Origin: Dehalococcoidia bacterium
GTDB taxonomy: Bacteria > Chloroflexota > Dehalococcoidia > Lucifugimonadales > JAGWBF01
NCBI GenBank assembly: GCA_034421095.1
Contig: DAOUKR010000026.1
Location: 583 to 64,582, forward strand
DNA: 64,000 nucleotides
Reading direction: 5' to 3'
Shown: positions 16,889 through 25,706 of the stretch, piece after piece
Layout of the letters: every line of letters begins with the position of its first letter
Position numbering within the stretch: the stretch's first letter is position 1
Made by a program: the position numbers and the translations under genes
Notes under the pieces: generated by a model
Databases searched by the model: none
The model's input: the letters and a program-made list of their open reading frames with translations, nothing else
Told to the model about the DNA's origin: nothing

Positions 16889-17719
16889 TCAGGCTGAGGG
16901 ACGGTCGTATTGCTGCTGGGCAATGGTAACGTAGGTGGCCGGTGTGACCAGTGTCAGGCCGGCGTCCACCGGCAGCACTACCCCCGTAACCCATCGGGCG
17001 TCGTCGCTGGCCAGGTAGAGGGCGGCAGCGGCTATGTCCCAGGCCGTCCCCTCGGTGCCGAGGGGTGTGGCGTTCTTGCGGTGCTCTCGCAGGGTGTCGT
17101 CCATGCGGGGGGCCACCATAGGCGTATAGACGAGTCCGGGCGCGATACAGTTGACCCGGATGTTGTCATGGCCGTGGTCGGCCGCCATGGACATGGTCAG
17201 GCCGATGACCGCGGCCTTTGACGTGGTATATGGAGTGCTGCTGTGGGCCCTCAGTCCGGCGATGGAGGATATGTTGATGATGGAGCCGCCGCCTGCGGTC
17301 TCAATCATCCGGGGTATGGCGTAGCGGCTGGCCAGGACTATGCTCTTGACGTTGACTGACATCACGTAGTCCCAATCTTCCTCGCTGACCTCCAACACAG
17401 TGCCGCGCCTGGATATGCCTACGTTGTTGTCCAGGATGTCCAGACGGCCGTACCGCTCAACGGCGGCTTCCACCATGTTGCGGCAGTCGTCGGCGTTAAT
17501 CACGTTGGCCTGGAATGTGGAGGCGTCGCCGCCCTCTTCCCGAATCATGGCCAGGGTTTCCTCGGCACGCTCGATGAAGGCATCCACCAGCAGCACCTTT
17601 GCGCCCTCACGGGCAAAGAGCACCGCCGTGGCCTTGCCGTTCCCCACCCCGGGCCCGCTGGAGCCGGCCCCGGTAACAATGGCAACCTTTCCCTCTAGTC
17701 GGGGCTGTCGTTCCGGCAT
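16889..17719 (-). CDS. SDR-family oxidoreductase
   Basis: 276 aa. Contains KVAIVTGAGSSGPGVGNGKATA..., NNVG, and a YTTSK active-site Y-x3-K. Confidence 0.9.
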   Translation of the reverse strand: MPERQPRLEGKVAIVTGAGSSGPGVGNGKATAVLFAREGAKVLLVDAFIERAEETLAMIREEGGDASTFQANVINADDCRNMVEAAVERYGRLDILDNNVGISRRGTVLEVSEEDWDYVMSVNVKSIVLASRYAIPRMIETAGGGSIINISSIAGLRAHSSTPYTTSKAAVIGLTMSMAADHGHDNIRVNCIAPGLVYTPMVAPRMDDTLREHRKNATPLGTEGTAWDIAAAALYLASDDARWVTGVVLPVDAGLTLVTPATYVTIAQQQYDRPSA

Positions 17720-17807
17720 TGTGACACTCCTTTAGGGTTTATCTAGGGCCTGTTGACACTAGCGGCTGGGGCAAGGCGACCATCCGCCGGAGGCGGACCC
17801 CTATATC

Positions 17808-17901
17808 CGTCATTCCGGTCGTACCTCCGGTAGATTCGCCGTGGCGAACCTTGAGCCGGAATCCACCCCGACCTGGATTCTGGCTTTCGCCAGAATGACG
17901 G
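17808..17901. repeat. composite palindromic (MITE-like) element
   Basis: cgtcattccggtcgtacctccggtagattcgccgtggcgaaccttgagccggaatcca...tggattctggctttcgccagaatgacg. The first 42 nt are identical to 11020-11061. An inverted partial copy lies at 35788-35843. Confidence 0.8.
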
Positions 17902-17971
17902 AGAAGGAGTACCCCGCCGCGGGTATCCAGGTTGCCAGTCTCTATCAGGAAATTGTTAGTGTCAACATGTC

Positions 17972-18289
17972 CTATAGTCTGTCGGGGACCTCGATGTCCA
18001 CCAGCGGCCCAAACTGCTGCCCGCCAAATACGTCGCTGTCGTTGAGGTCGCCGGAGAAATTGGGGCGAGGAATGCTGAACTTGATTGCTAGGGCGTTGTC
18101 ACAGTTGAAGAACATCACGTCTTCTTCCGAGGTATTATACAGTTGGGCAATCAGGCCCTTGTTTATCACTCCCGAGTCCCGAGTCCGGTAATAGGCGTCC
18201 GGGTCATCGAACATGATGTCGAAGGTGAGGACAAAGGGGCCGGCATTTTTGCTCCGCACCAGCTTGGTAATTTCCCACAGCTTGGACAC
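17972..18289 (-). CDS. DUF4387-like protein (AtuA partner)
   Basis: The GTG at 18289 lies 2 nt after the upstream stop, with GGAGG inside the upstream gene's end. ...ITKLVRSKNAGPFVLTFDIMFDDPDAYYRTRDSGVINKGLIAQLY matches the small protein usually paired with DUF1446. Confidence 0.7.
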   Translation of the reverse strand: MSKLWEITKLVRSKNAGPFVLTFDIMFDDPDAYYRTRDSGVINKGLIAQLYNTSEEDVMFFNCDNALAIKFSIPRPNFSGDLNDSDVFGGQQFGPLVDIEVPDRL

Positions 18290-18291
18290 GT

Positions 18292-19662
18292 CTACACCTC
18301 CACAAGTTCCATGGGGAACATCTCCAGCGGGTCGCCCGGCTCCACCACGTGGTTCATGCTGAACTGGTACACGGCCCCTCGGTTCAGGACCGCCGGGCTG
18401 TAGGGATAGGCAAGCCCGGAGATTAGACCATGCCATTCGGGGACCGGGTAGTGGAGGGCGAAATGCTCGACGGCGTCGGCCAGGTCCGTGGCAAGCTCCT
18501 GGCTATCGGCGGTCACCTCCATGACCAGACACACCTCGTGGCCCGGTGTTCTCACAGGCTCCAGTGGTCCCATAGTACCGTTGAGGCCGTACACGCGAAT
18601 GAACAGCTTGTAGTCCTTTCCCATTTCCATTCCGTCGAAGGAGCCCCGGATGCGCTCGTCCAGGCGCTCCTGCATCCCGGCCAGCCAGCTGTCAAGCTGA
18701 CGAATCATGACCGGGTCGCGGATGCTGCCGATAATCACGCTCTGGTATCCTATCAGTTCGGCTGCTTCCAGCTTGATGGTGTATTTATCGGCGGGAACGA
18801 AGTCGCTGCCCCACACCCGTACTGCCCGGTCGCTGACAGCCTCGTACTCGGCTTTGGTGACATCCAACATGCCGCTGGGCTCCAGGAGGTGGAATGGGTG
18901 GGCGTTCTCGTACAGGGTATGGGAGGCGATGCTCTGGGGAGTGCATATATAGTCGGGGTTGGGTGCCTCCACTACGAAGTGGTCGTTGCGAAGCCAGGCC
19001 ATCATGCCGTCGGGGTGGCGCCGCACAGCCACGGAGGCGGCCCCGCACTCAAGTATTTTGGCGGCGTGCCAGGCCACTCCCGGCGGGAGGCCGTTCCTGA
19101 TTGGGACTGCGGCGAAGATGGACGTGTCGCTGGAGCGCCCTGCCAGCACCACCTGAGCGCCTTCATCCATCGCTCTGAGGTAGGGTTCCGTTCCCATCAT
19201 CCCCACGATGTGGCTGGCCTTGTCAATGGCCTCCTCGCTTATATCGGGGGCGGGATGTAGCGGACGTATCTTCCCTTCGCGCAGCTTGTTCTTCAGGTAA
19301 TCCTTGTCCTGCTCGGCATGAATCAGGGCCAGGCGGAAGTGAAGCCCCTCCTCCCGGGCAATCTCCATGAGTACGTCGGATGCCCACTCGAGGTTGAGGT
19401 CGGCGCCTGCCGTGCCGGCCGAGCCGACCAGGAGGGGGATGTTGCTGGACCGGGCCGCCTGGAGCATCAGCTTCATATCCCGCTTCACGGCCTGGCGGGG
19501 GAACATGCACTTGCCCCGCCCCAGTGCGTCGGGGCCGTGGTCCGTGGAGCCGCCGTCTGAGCCGATGAAATGGGGTTCCCACTCCATAGCCCTGGCCAGA
19601 GAAGACTCGAGGTAGCTTGAGCCTATCACGCCCGTAGGAGCGAAGGCACGGACTTCCTCCAT
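18292..19662 (-). CDS. acyclic-terpene-utilisation AtuA-like protein (DUF1446)
   Basis: 456 aa. MEEVRAFAPTGVIGSSYLESSL...GSDGGSTDHGPDALG...LLVGSAGTAGADLNLEW fits the DUF1446 length and pattern. GGAGGTG lies upstream. Confidence 0.8.
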   Translation of the reverse strand: MEEVRAFAPTGVIGSSYLESSLARAMEWEPHFIGSDGGSTDHGPDALGRGKCMFPRQAVKRDMKLMLQAARSSNIPLLVGSAGTAGADLNLEWASDVLMEIAREEGLHFRLALIHAEQDKDYLKNKLREGKIRPLHPAPDISEEAIDKASHIVGMMGTEPYLRAMDEGAQVVLAGRSSDTSIFAAVPIRNGLPPGVAWHAAKILECGAASVAVRRHPDGMMAWLRNDHFVVEAPNPDYICTPQSIASHTLYENAHPFHLLEPSGMLDVTKAEYEAVSDRAVRVWGSDFVPADKYTIKLEAAELIGYQSVIIGSIRDPVMIRQLDSWLAGMQERLDERIRGSFDGMEMGKDYKLFIRVYGLNGTMGPLEPVRTPGHEVCLVMEVTADSQELATDLADAVEHFALHYPVPEWHGLISGLAYPYSPAVLNRGAVYQFSMNHVVEPGDPLEMFPMELVEV

Positions 19663-19710
19663 GATTGCACCTCCTGGATTTGTAGCCTGGAATTTTTATC
19701 TGTATTCCGG

Positions 19711-19770
19711 CCCCTACACCCGTCATTCCGGCCTTGAGCCGGAATCCATTCATCCTTGCCTGTAGACAGG
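19711..19770. repeat. palindromic repeat unit ('gtcattccggcc-ttg-agccggaatcc' family)
   Basis: cccgtcattccggccttgagccggaatccattcatccttgcctgtagacagggg. Related units lie at 29500-29555, 57577-57625, 61182-61230, 61420-61470 and 61644-61675. Confidence 0.75.
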
Positions 19771-19816
19771 GGTTAGACAAAGGCCCCCATGGACAGCGGG
19801 CCGGCCATAATACCCT

Positions 19817-20731
19817 TCACTGAAGATGTGCCAAGTATTGGGCCACGTAGTCCATGCCCACCAGGTCGCTGAAGGCCCCCATTAGCCTTTCGGTGACAGG
19901 ACCGGGGACCTTGCCGTCGCCGGGGGCCATGCCGTTTATCGAGGGAACGGGGCAGATGCAGAGGCTGGTGGACGTAAGAAACACCTCGTCAGCGGTGTAG
20001 GCATCGAAGAGGTCTATGTCCCGCTCCTCCGCAGGTATCTTCAGGCTGGCTGCCAGGTCCAACACCGTCTGCCGGGTTATCCCCGCCAGCACCATCTGTA
20101 CCCTGGGGGTTGAGACCACGCCGTCCTTGACGATGAATACGTTGGAGCCGCGCCCCTCGGCCAGGTTCCCCTTCTCGTCCAGGAGAAGTGCCCAGGCGTC
20201 GGGGTCCCTGTCATGCACCTCCAGGTCTCCCAGCACTAGGTTAAGGTAGTTGTGGGTCTTGGCCCTGGGACTCATGAACTGGGGCGGTATCCGGGGCACG
20301 GAGGGGGTCAACAGGGGTATGCCTTCCCTGTAGTAGTGGGCGCGCTTGGCCAGGGGCAAGGGACGGCACTCGATGAGCACCGTGTTATGGGACTCCTCGC
20401 CGGGGGAGGTGGACTCGACGCCGCGAGTGACCCGCTGTGTCACCCAGTAGTCCTCATTCGGCCCCAGAAGGGGCACGTTGTGCTCAACCACCTCCGTGGT
20501 CAACTCCACCATTCGCTCCCTGCTCATGCCCGGGTCCAGGCGGAGGTACCTGCAGGAGTCGTACAGCCGGTCTATGTGCTCCCTCATCCTGAATACCTGG
20601 CCGTTGAAGGTGCGGGCCGCATCGAACACGGCATCCCCGTAGATGAAGCCCGCGTCCCTGATGGGTATTCCCGCCTGGCTTTCCGGGACTATCCGGCCGT
20701 TGAGGTAGACCACTCTCTCTTGCTGTGCCAT
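19817..20731 (-). CDS. class-IV aminotransferase (branched-chain / D-amino-acid aminotransferase family)
   Basis: The start was moved to ATG 20731 (GGAGG upstream). MAQQERVVYLNGRIVPESQAGIPIRDAGFIYGDAVFDAARTFNG... and ...GITRQTVLDLA... are typical of fold-type IV. Confidence 0.88.
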   Translation of the reverse strand: MAQQERVVYLNGRIVPESQAGIPIRDAGFIYGDAVFDAARTFNGQVFRMREHIDRLYDSCRYLRLDPGMSRERMVELTTEVVEHNVPLLGPNEDYWVTQRVTRGVESTSPGEESHNTVLIECRPLPLAKRAHYYREGIPLLTPSVPRIPPQFMSPRAKTHNYLNLVLGDLEVHDRDPDAWALLLDEKGNLAEGRGSNVFIVKDGVVSTPRVQMVLAGITRQTVLDLAASLKIPAEERDIDLFDAYTADEVFLTSTSLCICPVPSINGMAPGDGKVPGPVTERLMGAFSDLVGMDYVAQYLAHLQ

Positions 20732-20840
20732 CGCCTCCGTCTCCCCTTTGTCAACTTTCCGGCTGCTCAACATGATACCAGACGTGCGTGGGATTGGCTA
20801 CACTGGCGGAGCGACCCCGTCATTGTCTCTCGATTATTCA

Positions 20841-20942
20841 CCCTCACCCCAACCCTTCATGCCCGCCGAGGCGGGTACCGTCAAGGGCGAGGCGCATTGT
20901 CACTTCTCCCCTGTTGGGAGAAGGTTAGGATGAGGGGGAAAG
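20841..20942. repeat. G/C-rich palindromic repeat units
   Basis: ccctcaccccaaccc...cccgccgaggcggg...cttctcccctgttgggagaaggttaggatgaggggg. Confidence 0.65.
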
Positions 20943-20990
20943 GTGTGTGAAGGAGAAGCGTGAATAATCTAAAGACCCTGGGCCACCCCC

Positions 20991-21965
20991 TCAGACGCGG
21001 GGCCACACCCGGGTTGCCATGTCTTCCATGCTCTGCAGGCCCTCTTCCAGGCCTATGTCACCCCTGGCCCGGAAGAAGTCCACCACCAGGCGGCTCACGC
21101 CCATCTCCGCGTACCTGCGGACATCCGATGCGATTTGGTCGGCGCTGCCCGTGAAAGGTGGCCGCCCGTTACCTGAGGGCGCCTCCCCGCTTCCCTTGAG
21201 GTCGTATCGCGGTACCCAGTGGATGATTTCGATTTCCGACGGGTCCCTTCCCGCCTTTCGAGCGTAGGAGGCCAGGCGGCCAATCGCCGCGGCCAACTGC
21301 TCGGGCTCCTCCAGGGGGAAATTGGGATTTGCCCCCAGGGGATACCAGCCGTCGGCCAGCTCGGCGGTGCGCCGAAGCGCCCTAGGACTTTCTCCCCCGA
21401 CCCATATGGGCGGGTGGGGCTTCTGCACAGGCTTGGGCACGAAGGTTATATCGGAGAACTGGCAATACTTCCCCTTGAAGGTGGGGGTCTCGCTGGTCCA
21501 AAGCTCCTTGAACGCCCTGACATACTCGTCGGTCACCGCGCCCCGCTCCTCGAAGGGCGGCAAGCCCAGGGCCTCGAACTCCTCGCGCATCCACCCCGCT
21601 CCAATCCCCACCACCAGCCTGCCCTTGGATAGAACGTCAAGGGTGGCCAGGGCCTTGGCCGCCACCAGGGGGTTTCGATGGGGGACAATGATGACGCTGG
21701 TAACCAGCCGTATCCTGCTGGTCTGGCCGGCGAGGAAGGATAGCACGGCTAGCATCTCCTGTGCCTCGCCGGTATTGGAGCCGGGGAACTCGCCGGTTGG
21801 GGTATAGGGATAGGGGGAGCCGATGCTTCTGGGCACGACTATATGGTCGCCCTTGAAGAGGGAGTCGTATCCCATCTCCTCGGCACGCTGGGCTATGGTC
21901 ACGGTGTTTTCCGGTGTGCCAAGGAGGCCGCGATTGGGTAGAATGAATCCATACTTCATAGCCAT
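20991..21965 (-). CDS. luciferase-like (LLM class, probably F420-dependent) oxidoreductase
   Basis: Starts at MAMKYGFILPNRG...; contains VTSVIIVPHRNPLVAAKALATLDVLSKGRLVVGIGAGW and HPPIWVGGESPRALRRTAELADGWYP. The track's 5' extension runs through a repeat. Confidence 0.85.
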   Translation of the reverse strand: MAMKYGFILPNRGLLGTPENTVTIAQRAEEMGYDSLFKGDHIVVPRSIGSPYPYTPTGEFPGSNTGEAQEMLAVLSFLAGQTSRIRLVTSVIIVPHRNPLVAAKALATLDVLSKGRLVVGIGAGWMREEFEALGLPPFEERGAVTDEYVRAFKELWTSETPTFKGKYCQFSDITFVPKPVQKPHPPIWVGGESPRALRRTAELADGWYPLGANPNFPLEEPEQLAAAIGRLASYARKAGRDPSEIEIIHWVPRYDLKGSGEAPSGNGRPPFTGSADQIASDVRRYAEMGVSRLVVDFFRARGDIGLEEGLQSMEDMATRVWPRV

Positions 21966-21989
21966 CCCCACCCTTAGAACGTGTCTAAA

Positions 21990-22096
21990 ATGCCCCTTCT
22001 CCCCCGCCGGAGGCGGGTTGGGATGAGGGGTATCACCCTCACCCCGTATCAAGTACGGGGCAGGCTCTCAATCCCTTCCCGTCCAGGGAGGGGAAG
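21990..22096. repeat. G/C-rich palindromic repeat units
   Basis: cttctcccccgccggaggcgggttgggatgaggggtatcaccctcacccc...ccttcccgtccagggagggga. Confidence 0.65.
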
Positions 22097-22122
22097 TGTG
22101 CCCACACATTATCGAACACCCC

Positions 22123-23499
22123 CTACACTATCGGCCACTTCTGGGGGTAGGAGATGCCGGTCCGGTCCATGATGTTCTGCCCCATAACCTGCACCTTCTG
22201 AATCAGGTCCCACTCGTCCACAAAGACCGGCACGCCCGCATCCACACGGACCTGCCCGTCCACGATGACGGTGTGGACGCTTCTCCCGTCTGCGCTGAAT
22301 ACCAGGTTGATAACCGGGTTGAAGAGGGAGCGCCACTCGGGCCGCTTGGTGTCGAACAGCACGATGTCGGCCTTCTTGCCGGCTTCCAGAGAGCCAATGT
22401 CGTCGTCCAGACCCAACGCCCTGGCGCCGTCAATGGTTGCCATCTCCACGGCCTTCTCCGCAGACATGGCCGTAGTGTCCATTCTGCCGTCCTTGTAGAG
22501 AACTGTTATCAGGTACATGGACCGCAGGGTCTCAACCAGGTTGGAGTTGTTCCCGGCGTCGGTGCCGAGGCCCAAACAGACGCCCTTGGCCAGCATCTCC
22601 GGCAGCTTCCCCTTGACGGTGGTGCCCGAGCCGCCCTTGATGGAAGCGGTGGGGATCATCACACCCTTGGTATCCGTGCGGGCCATGGCGTCTATGTCGG
22701 GGTCCTCCGCCCCTATCAGGTGAGGCAGAAGTACGTTGGGCCCCAGCACTCCCAGGTCTTCCAGGTACTCCAGGGGCCACTTGCCGAACTCCTGTTTGTG
22801 GGACTCTATGGAGGCAGGAGTATTGTTCACGTGGTAGCTCAGCCCGGTCCCATATCTGTCGGCCATCTCCTTGCCGGCTTTTAGAAGCTCGGGAGTCGCC
22901 AGGTCCACGGAGTAGGGTATGGCCCAGGCGCGGATTCGATCGTCGAAGTGGTGGTTGTAGGTGCGGATCGTATCTTCCATCTGGGTGATGGCCTCATCCA
23001 CCGGGGTCACCGGAAGGCTCACTGGGTTGGGTTTCACGGCTATCTGCCTTCCCAACTGGGCCCGGACTCCCGACTCTCCGTAAGCCTCCATGCAGGCATC
23101 AATATGAATTGTGCTGCCCGGGTCCAGGAAACAGGTGGTCCCGTATTTCAGAAGCTCGGTGATTGCCAGGAGCGTGGTGCTGTATTCCTCTTCCTCGGAC
23201 ATCACCGACTTCAGCTTGTAGGCGGTCTGTATGTACTCGCCGCCGACGAGGGTGTCGGGGAATATGCCCCGGATGTCGTGGGCGTAGCTGATGTGCAGGT
23301 GAGCGTTGCAGAATCCCGGTGTCACGACCATTTCGCTTGCGTCAATGGTGCGGTCAGCCGCAACCCCTGCCATATCGGCGGCCTTGCCCACCTGGGTTAT
23401 TCTCTGGCCGTCAACCAGGACCGAGCCGTCGCTTATTATTCTCCGCTCGGGGTCCATCGTCAGTATGAATTTAGCGTTGTCAATCTTCAGAGTCGCCAT
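22123..23499 (-). CDS. amidohydrolase-family protein (chlorohydrolase / aminohydrolase-like)
   Basis: The start was moved to ATG 23499 (GGAGGTAAGG upstream). MATLKIDNAKFILTMDPERRIISDGSVLVDGQRITQVG, then PGFCNAHLHISYAH (HxH metal site). 458 aa. Confidence 0.88.
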   Translation of the reverse strand: MATLKIDNAKFILTMDPERRIISDGSVLVDGQRITQVGKAADMAGVAADRTIDASEMVVTPGFCNAHLHISYAHDIRGIFPDTLVGGEYIQTAYKLKSVMSEEEEYSTTLLAITELLKYGTTCFLDPGSTIHIDACMEAYGESGVRAQLGRQIAVKPNPVSLPVTPVDEAITQMEDTIRTYNHHFDDRIRAWAIPYSVDLATPELLKAGKEMADRYGTGLSYHVNNTPASIESHKQEFGKWPLEYLEDLGVLGPNVLLPHLIGAEDPDIDAMARTDTKGVMIPTASIKGGSGTTVKGKLPEMLAKGVCLGLGTDAGNNSNLVETLRSMYLITVLYKDGRMDTTAMSAEKAVEMATIDGARALGLDDDIGSLEAGKKADIVLFDTKRPEWRSLFNPVINLVFSADGRSVHTVIVDGQVRVDAGVPVFVDEWDLIQKVQVMGQNIMDRTGISYPQKWPIV

Positions 23500-23787
23500 T
23501 GTGACCTTACCTCCAGAAGAGTGTAGTTTGCCGGGAGACCCCGGCTCCGCCGCCGACCTCCAATTGGCCGGAAGCACGGCAGGTTCAGAATACAGGACTT
23601 CTCACGGCTACGCAATACTTGCGGCCCAGCCCTCATCCCGGCCCTCGTCCGTCGCCGGAACCCAGGGGTGGAAGGGCACTGGCCTGGTGCTGGTCTTTAA
23701 CCTATATGGGTCCCATCTGGAGTATTGAACCTATCTGGAGGTGAGGTAACGGGGAGTGGACAGGTCGGTGAATGAAGAAGCCCGCAC

Positions 23788-23883
23788 CTAGCGTCCGGTG
23801 AAGAAATCAATTAAGCACGCTGCCGTCACCAAAACGGCCAGGGTGCCCAATGTCGCCAGTATCACAATCACGTCCAGATACAT
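23788..23883 (-). CDS. possible 31-aa hydrophobic peptide
   Basis: Translated by hand as MYLDVIVILATLGTLAVLVTAACLIDFFTGR. It sits 12 nt downstream of the preceding ORF's stop, with AAGG upstream. There is no other support. Confidence 0.2.
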   Translation of the reverse strand: MYLDVIVILATLGTLAVLVTAACLIDFFTGR

Positions 23884-23895
23884 GCTCTATGCCTT

Positions 23896-24226
23896 CTATC
23901 CGTTGGCCCTTCCGCCTGGGCAGTGCCAGTGAACAGGACCCGTGACCCTGCCGTACTTGGTGCAGGAGTAGAACCAGTGACCGCCGGGCTTTCGCCTGTA
24001 TATGGCAACCATGGAATGTCGTGACGGGTCAATGAGCCTATGGACGGAAGCCCCAGCGCCCCGGCCCCAATCTCTCGATGCCCGTTTGGGTCCAATTGTG
24101 GTAAGGACCATACACGAGAACATACCCGACCTTCTGCTTGGTCGCGTAATAGGTGTAACCACCAGACACTTGAGGCCCCACGAAGTTGGACTGGTGGGTG
24201 GAGCTACCTTGTTCCCAGGCCATCAT
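23896..24226 (-). CDS. hypothetical small protein(s); possibly one gene split by a +1 frame change
   Basis: The 62-aa ORF 24038..24226 (MMAWEQGSSTHQSNFVGPQVSGGYTYYATKQKVGYVLVYGPYHNW...) overlaps a second frame that runs to 23896 (...SVHRLIDPSRHSMVAIYRRKPGGHWFYSCTKYGRVTGPVHWHC...). The junction lies in TTGGGGCCGGGGCGCTGGGG. Confidence 0.3.
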
Positions 24227-24242
24227 CCTCCATCAGGCCCTC

Positions 24243-24610
24243 CTAGCGCTTCTTCCCTACCGCGCCTTCCACCCATATATAAGCGCAGGTGTCCCAGTCC
24301 ATGGCGACTACCCGGCCCTCCATCCTGGTATACCCGGGCATCATCTTCATGGAAGAAGAAGTTGAACAGCCGCCGTCCGCCGACTTCCTGCCATATCTGA
24401 GGGTCCATACGGGGTCTATCAGCGGTGTGTCGCTCATGTTCATGTACCAGATGACGTTGTCGCCCGTCAGGAAGGGCACCCCCCCCTCACCGCCTGCTTG
24501 TCGGAGGCCGAGAACGTGTCCCTCGCCTGTCCCAACAGGAACAGGGCGATACATATGATCGCCGCCGCGACAGCGAATCCGATGCCCAGCTTCACGTTGT
24601 GCGTCACCAC
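24243..24610 (-). CDS. small N-terminally anchored protein whose frame is broken at a G8 (C8 on +) homopolymer
   Basis: GTG 24610 (GGAGGTGA upstream) opens VVTHNVKLGIGFAVAAAIICIALFLLGQARDTFSASDKQAVRGG. At run 24479-24486 the sequence continues in the -1 frame as VPFLTGDNVIWYMNMSDTPLIDPVWTLRYGRK... down to 24243. Confidence 0.4.
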
Positions 24611-24838
24611 GATTCTCACCTCCTTCTAAGATAATACTAAGTATTCAAATTCCAACGGCTCTGTCAATAGATTTCAAGCTGTGATATATTTGCCAAAGAT
24701 AGTCGAACAAAATGCTGAACAGACTACTGACAGTATCATTTGACAGCCTTGCGGTTGGTCACCAAGAATTGATACTAGAAGGAAACCTTTGCGCAACTTG
24801 TGACGAAGCTCCATATTCCTGTCTACGGCTGGCCCGGG

Positions 24839-24893
24839 CCTGTCATTCCGAGTCCGCCTACGGCGGACCTTCGGCGAATTCGGAATGACGGCG
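24839..24893. repeat. palindromic repeat unit ('gtcattccgagtccgcc-tac-ggcggac' family)
   Basis: ctgtcattccgagtccgcctacggcggaccttcggcgaattcggaatgacgg. Related units lie at 11216-11253 and 35497-35540. Confidence 0.7.
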
Positions 24894-24950
24894 GGTTCGC
24901 TTCTTTCTCACCGGTAAATAACCCCGGCTGTTGAAAATGGGAGGTGAACT

Positions 24951-25535
24951 ATGGCGACGGTAAAATACACCCTGGAGGATTTCGTTCACGAAATGGAGGC
25001 CCTGTTGAAGGAGAAGCCCGACCAGGAGAAAATCTTCGACGTGGGGTCCTCCTACATGGAGAGGCTAATCAGCGACCCCGAGGCCATCCCCCCGGAGTAT
25101 CGCGTGCCCATCGGCAGGGGCAGCAGGCCCAAGCACGGCTCCTACCTGCTTTATCGCGGCGAGAGCGGCCTTCTGGTCACCTCCGTGGTCTGGGGGCCGG
25201 GAGACCACGCCTCGCCCCACGACCATCGCACCTGGGGCATGATTGGCGTGATGAGCAATACCCTCTCGGAGACCCGTTTCCGCCGCCTGGACGACCGCTC
25301 CAATCCCGAATACGCCTTGCTGGAAAAGGACCGGGTGGGGACCTTCTCCCCTGGAGAGGTCTCGCTGCTCGTACCGGACGTGGACGAGATACACCAGATG
25401 GACAACCACACGGACAGGCCCACGGTGGAGATTCACGTGTACGGAAGGGACCTGGTGGGGCTGGACAGGTGCAGGTTCAACCCGGAGACGGGCAAGGTGA
25501 CCCCCTTCGTCAGCAAGAAATTCGACAACGAGTAG
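24951..25535 (+). CDS. cysteine-dioxygenase-type-I-like cupin (thiol dioxygenase family)
   Basis: 194 aa. GGGAGG lies upstream. The cupin metal site is WGPGDHASPHDHRTWGMIGVMSN...EIHQMDNH..., with length and pattern like bacterial CDO/3-mercaptopropionate dioxygenase homologues. Confidence 0.75.
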   Translation: MATVKYTLEDFVHEMEALLKEKPDQEKIFDVGSSYMERLISDPEAIPPEYRVPIGRGSRPKHGSYLLYRGESGLLVTSVVWGPGDHASPHDHRTWGMIGVMSNTLSETRFRRLDDRSNPEYALLEKDRVGTFSPGEVSLLVPDVDEIHQMDNHTDRPTVEIHVYGRDLVGLDRCRFNPETGKVTPFVSKKFDNE

Positions 25536-25706
25536 CTACAAACAGAACGCCCCTATTGCAGTCACCCGCTCCGATGGGCTAAACTCAACCCTGTCTGTTG
25601 TGACCATGGCCGACAAGGGACGCTGGAGTGTTTCGGTCATGGAAGGCGGGCTGCCCTGTCTGCTACAGGTAGGCCGGCTGTAGTAAAGCAAGGAGGTAGT
25701 ACACCG

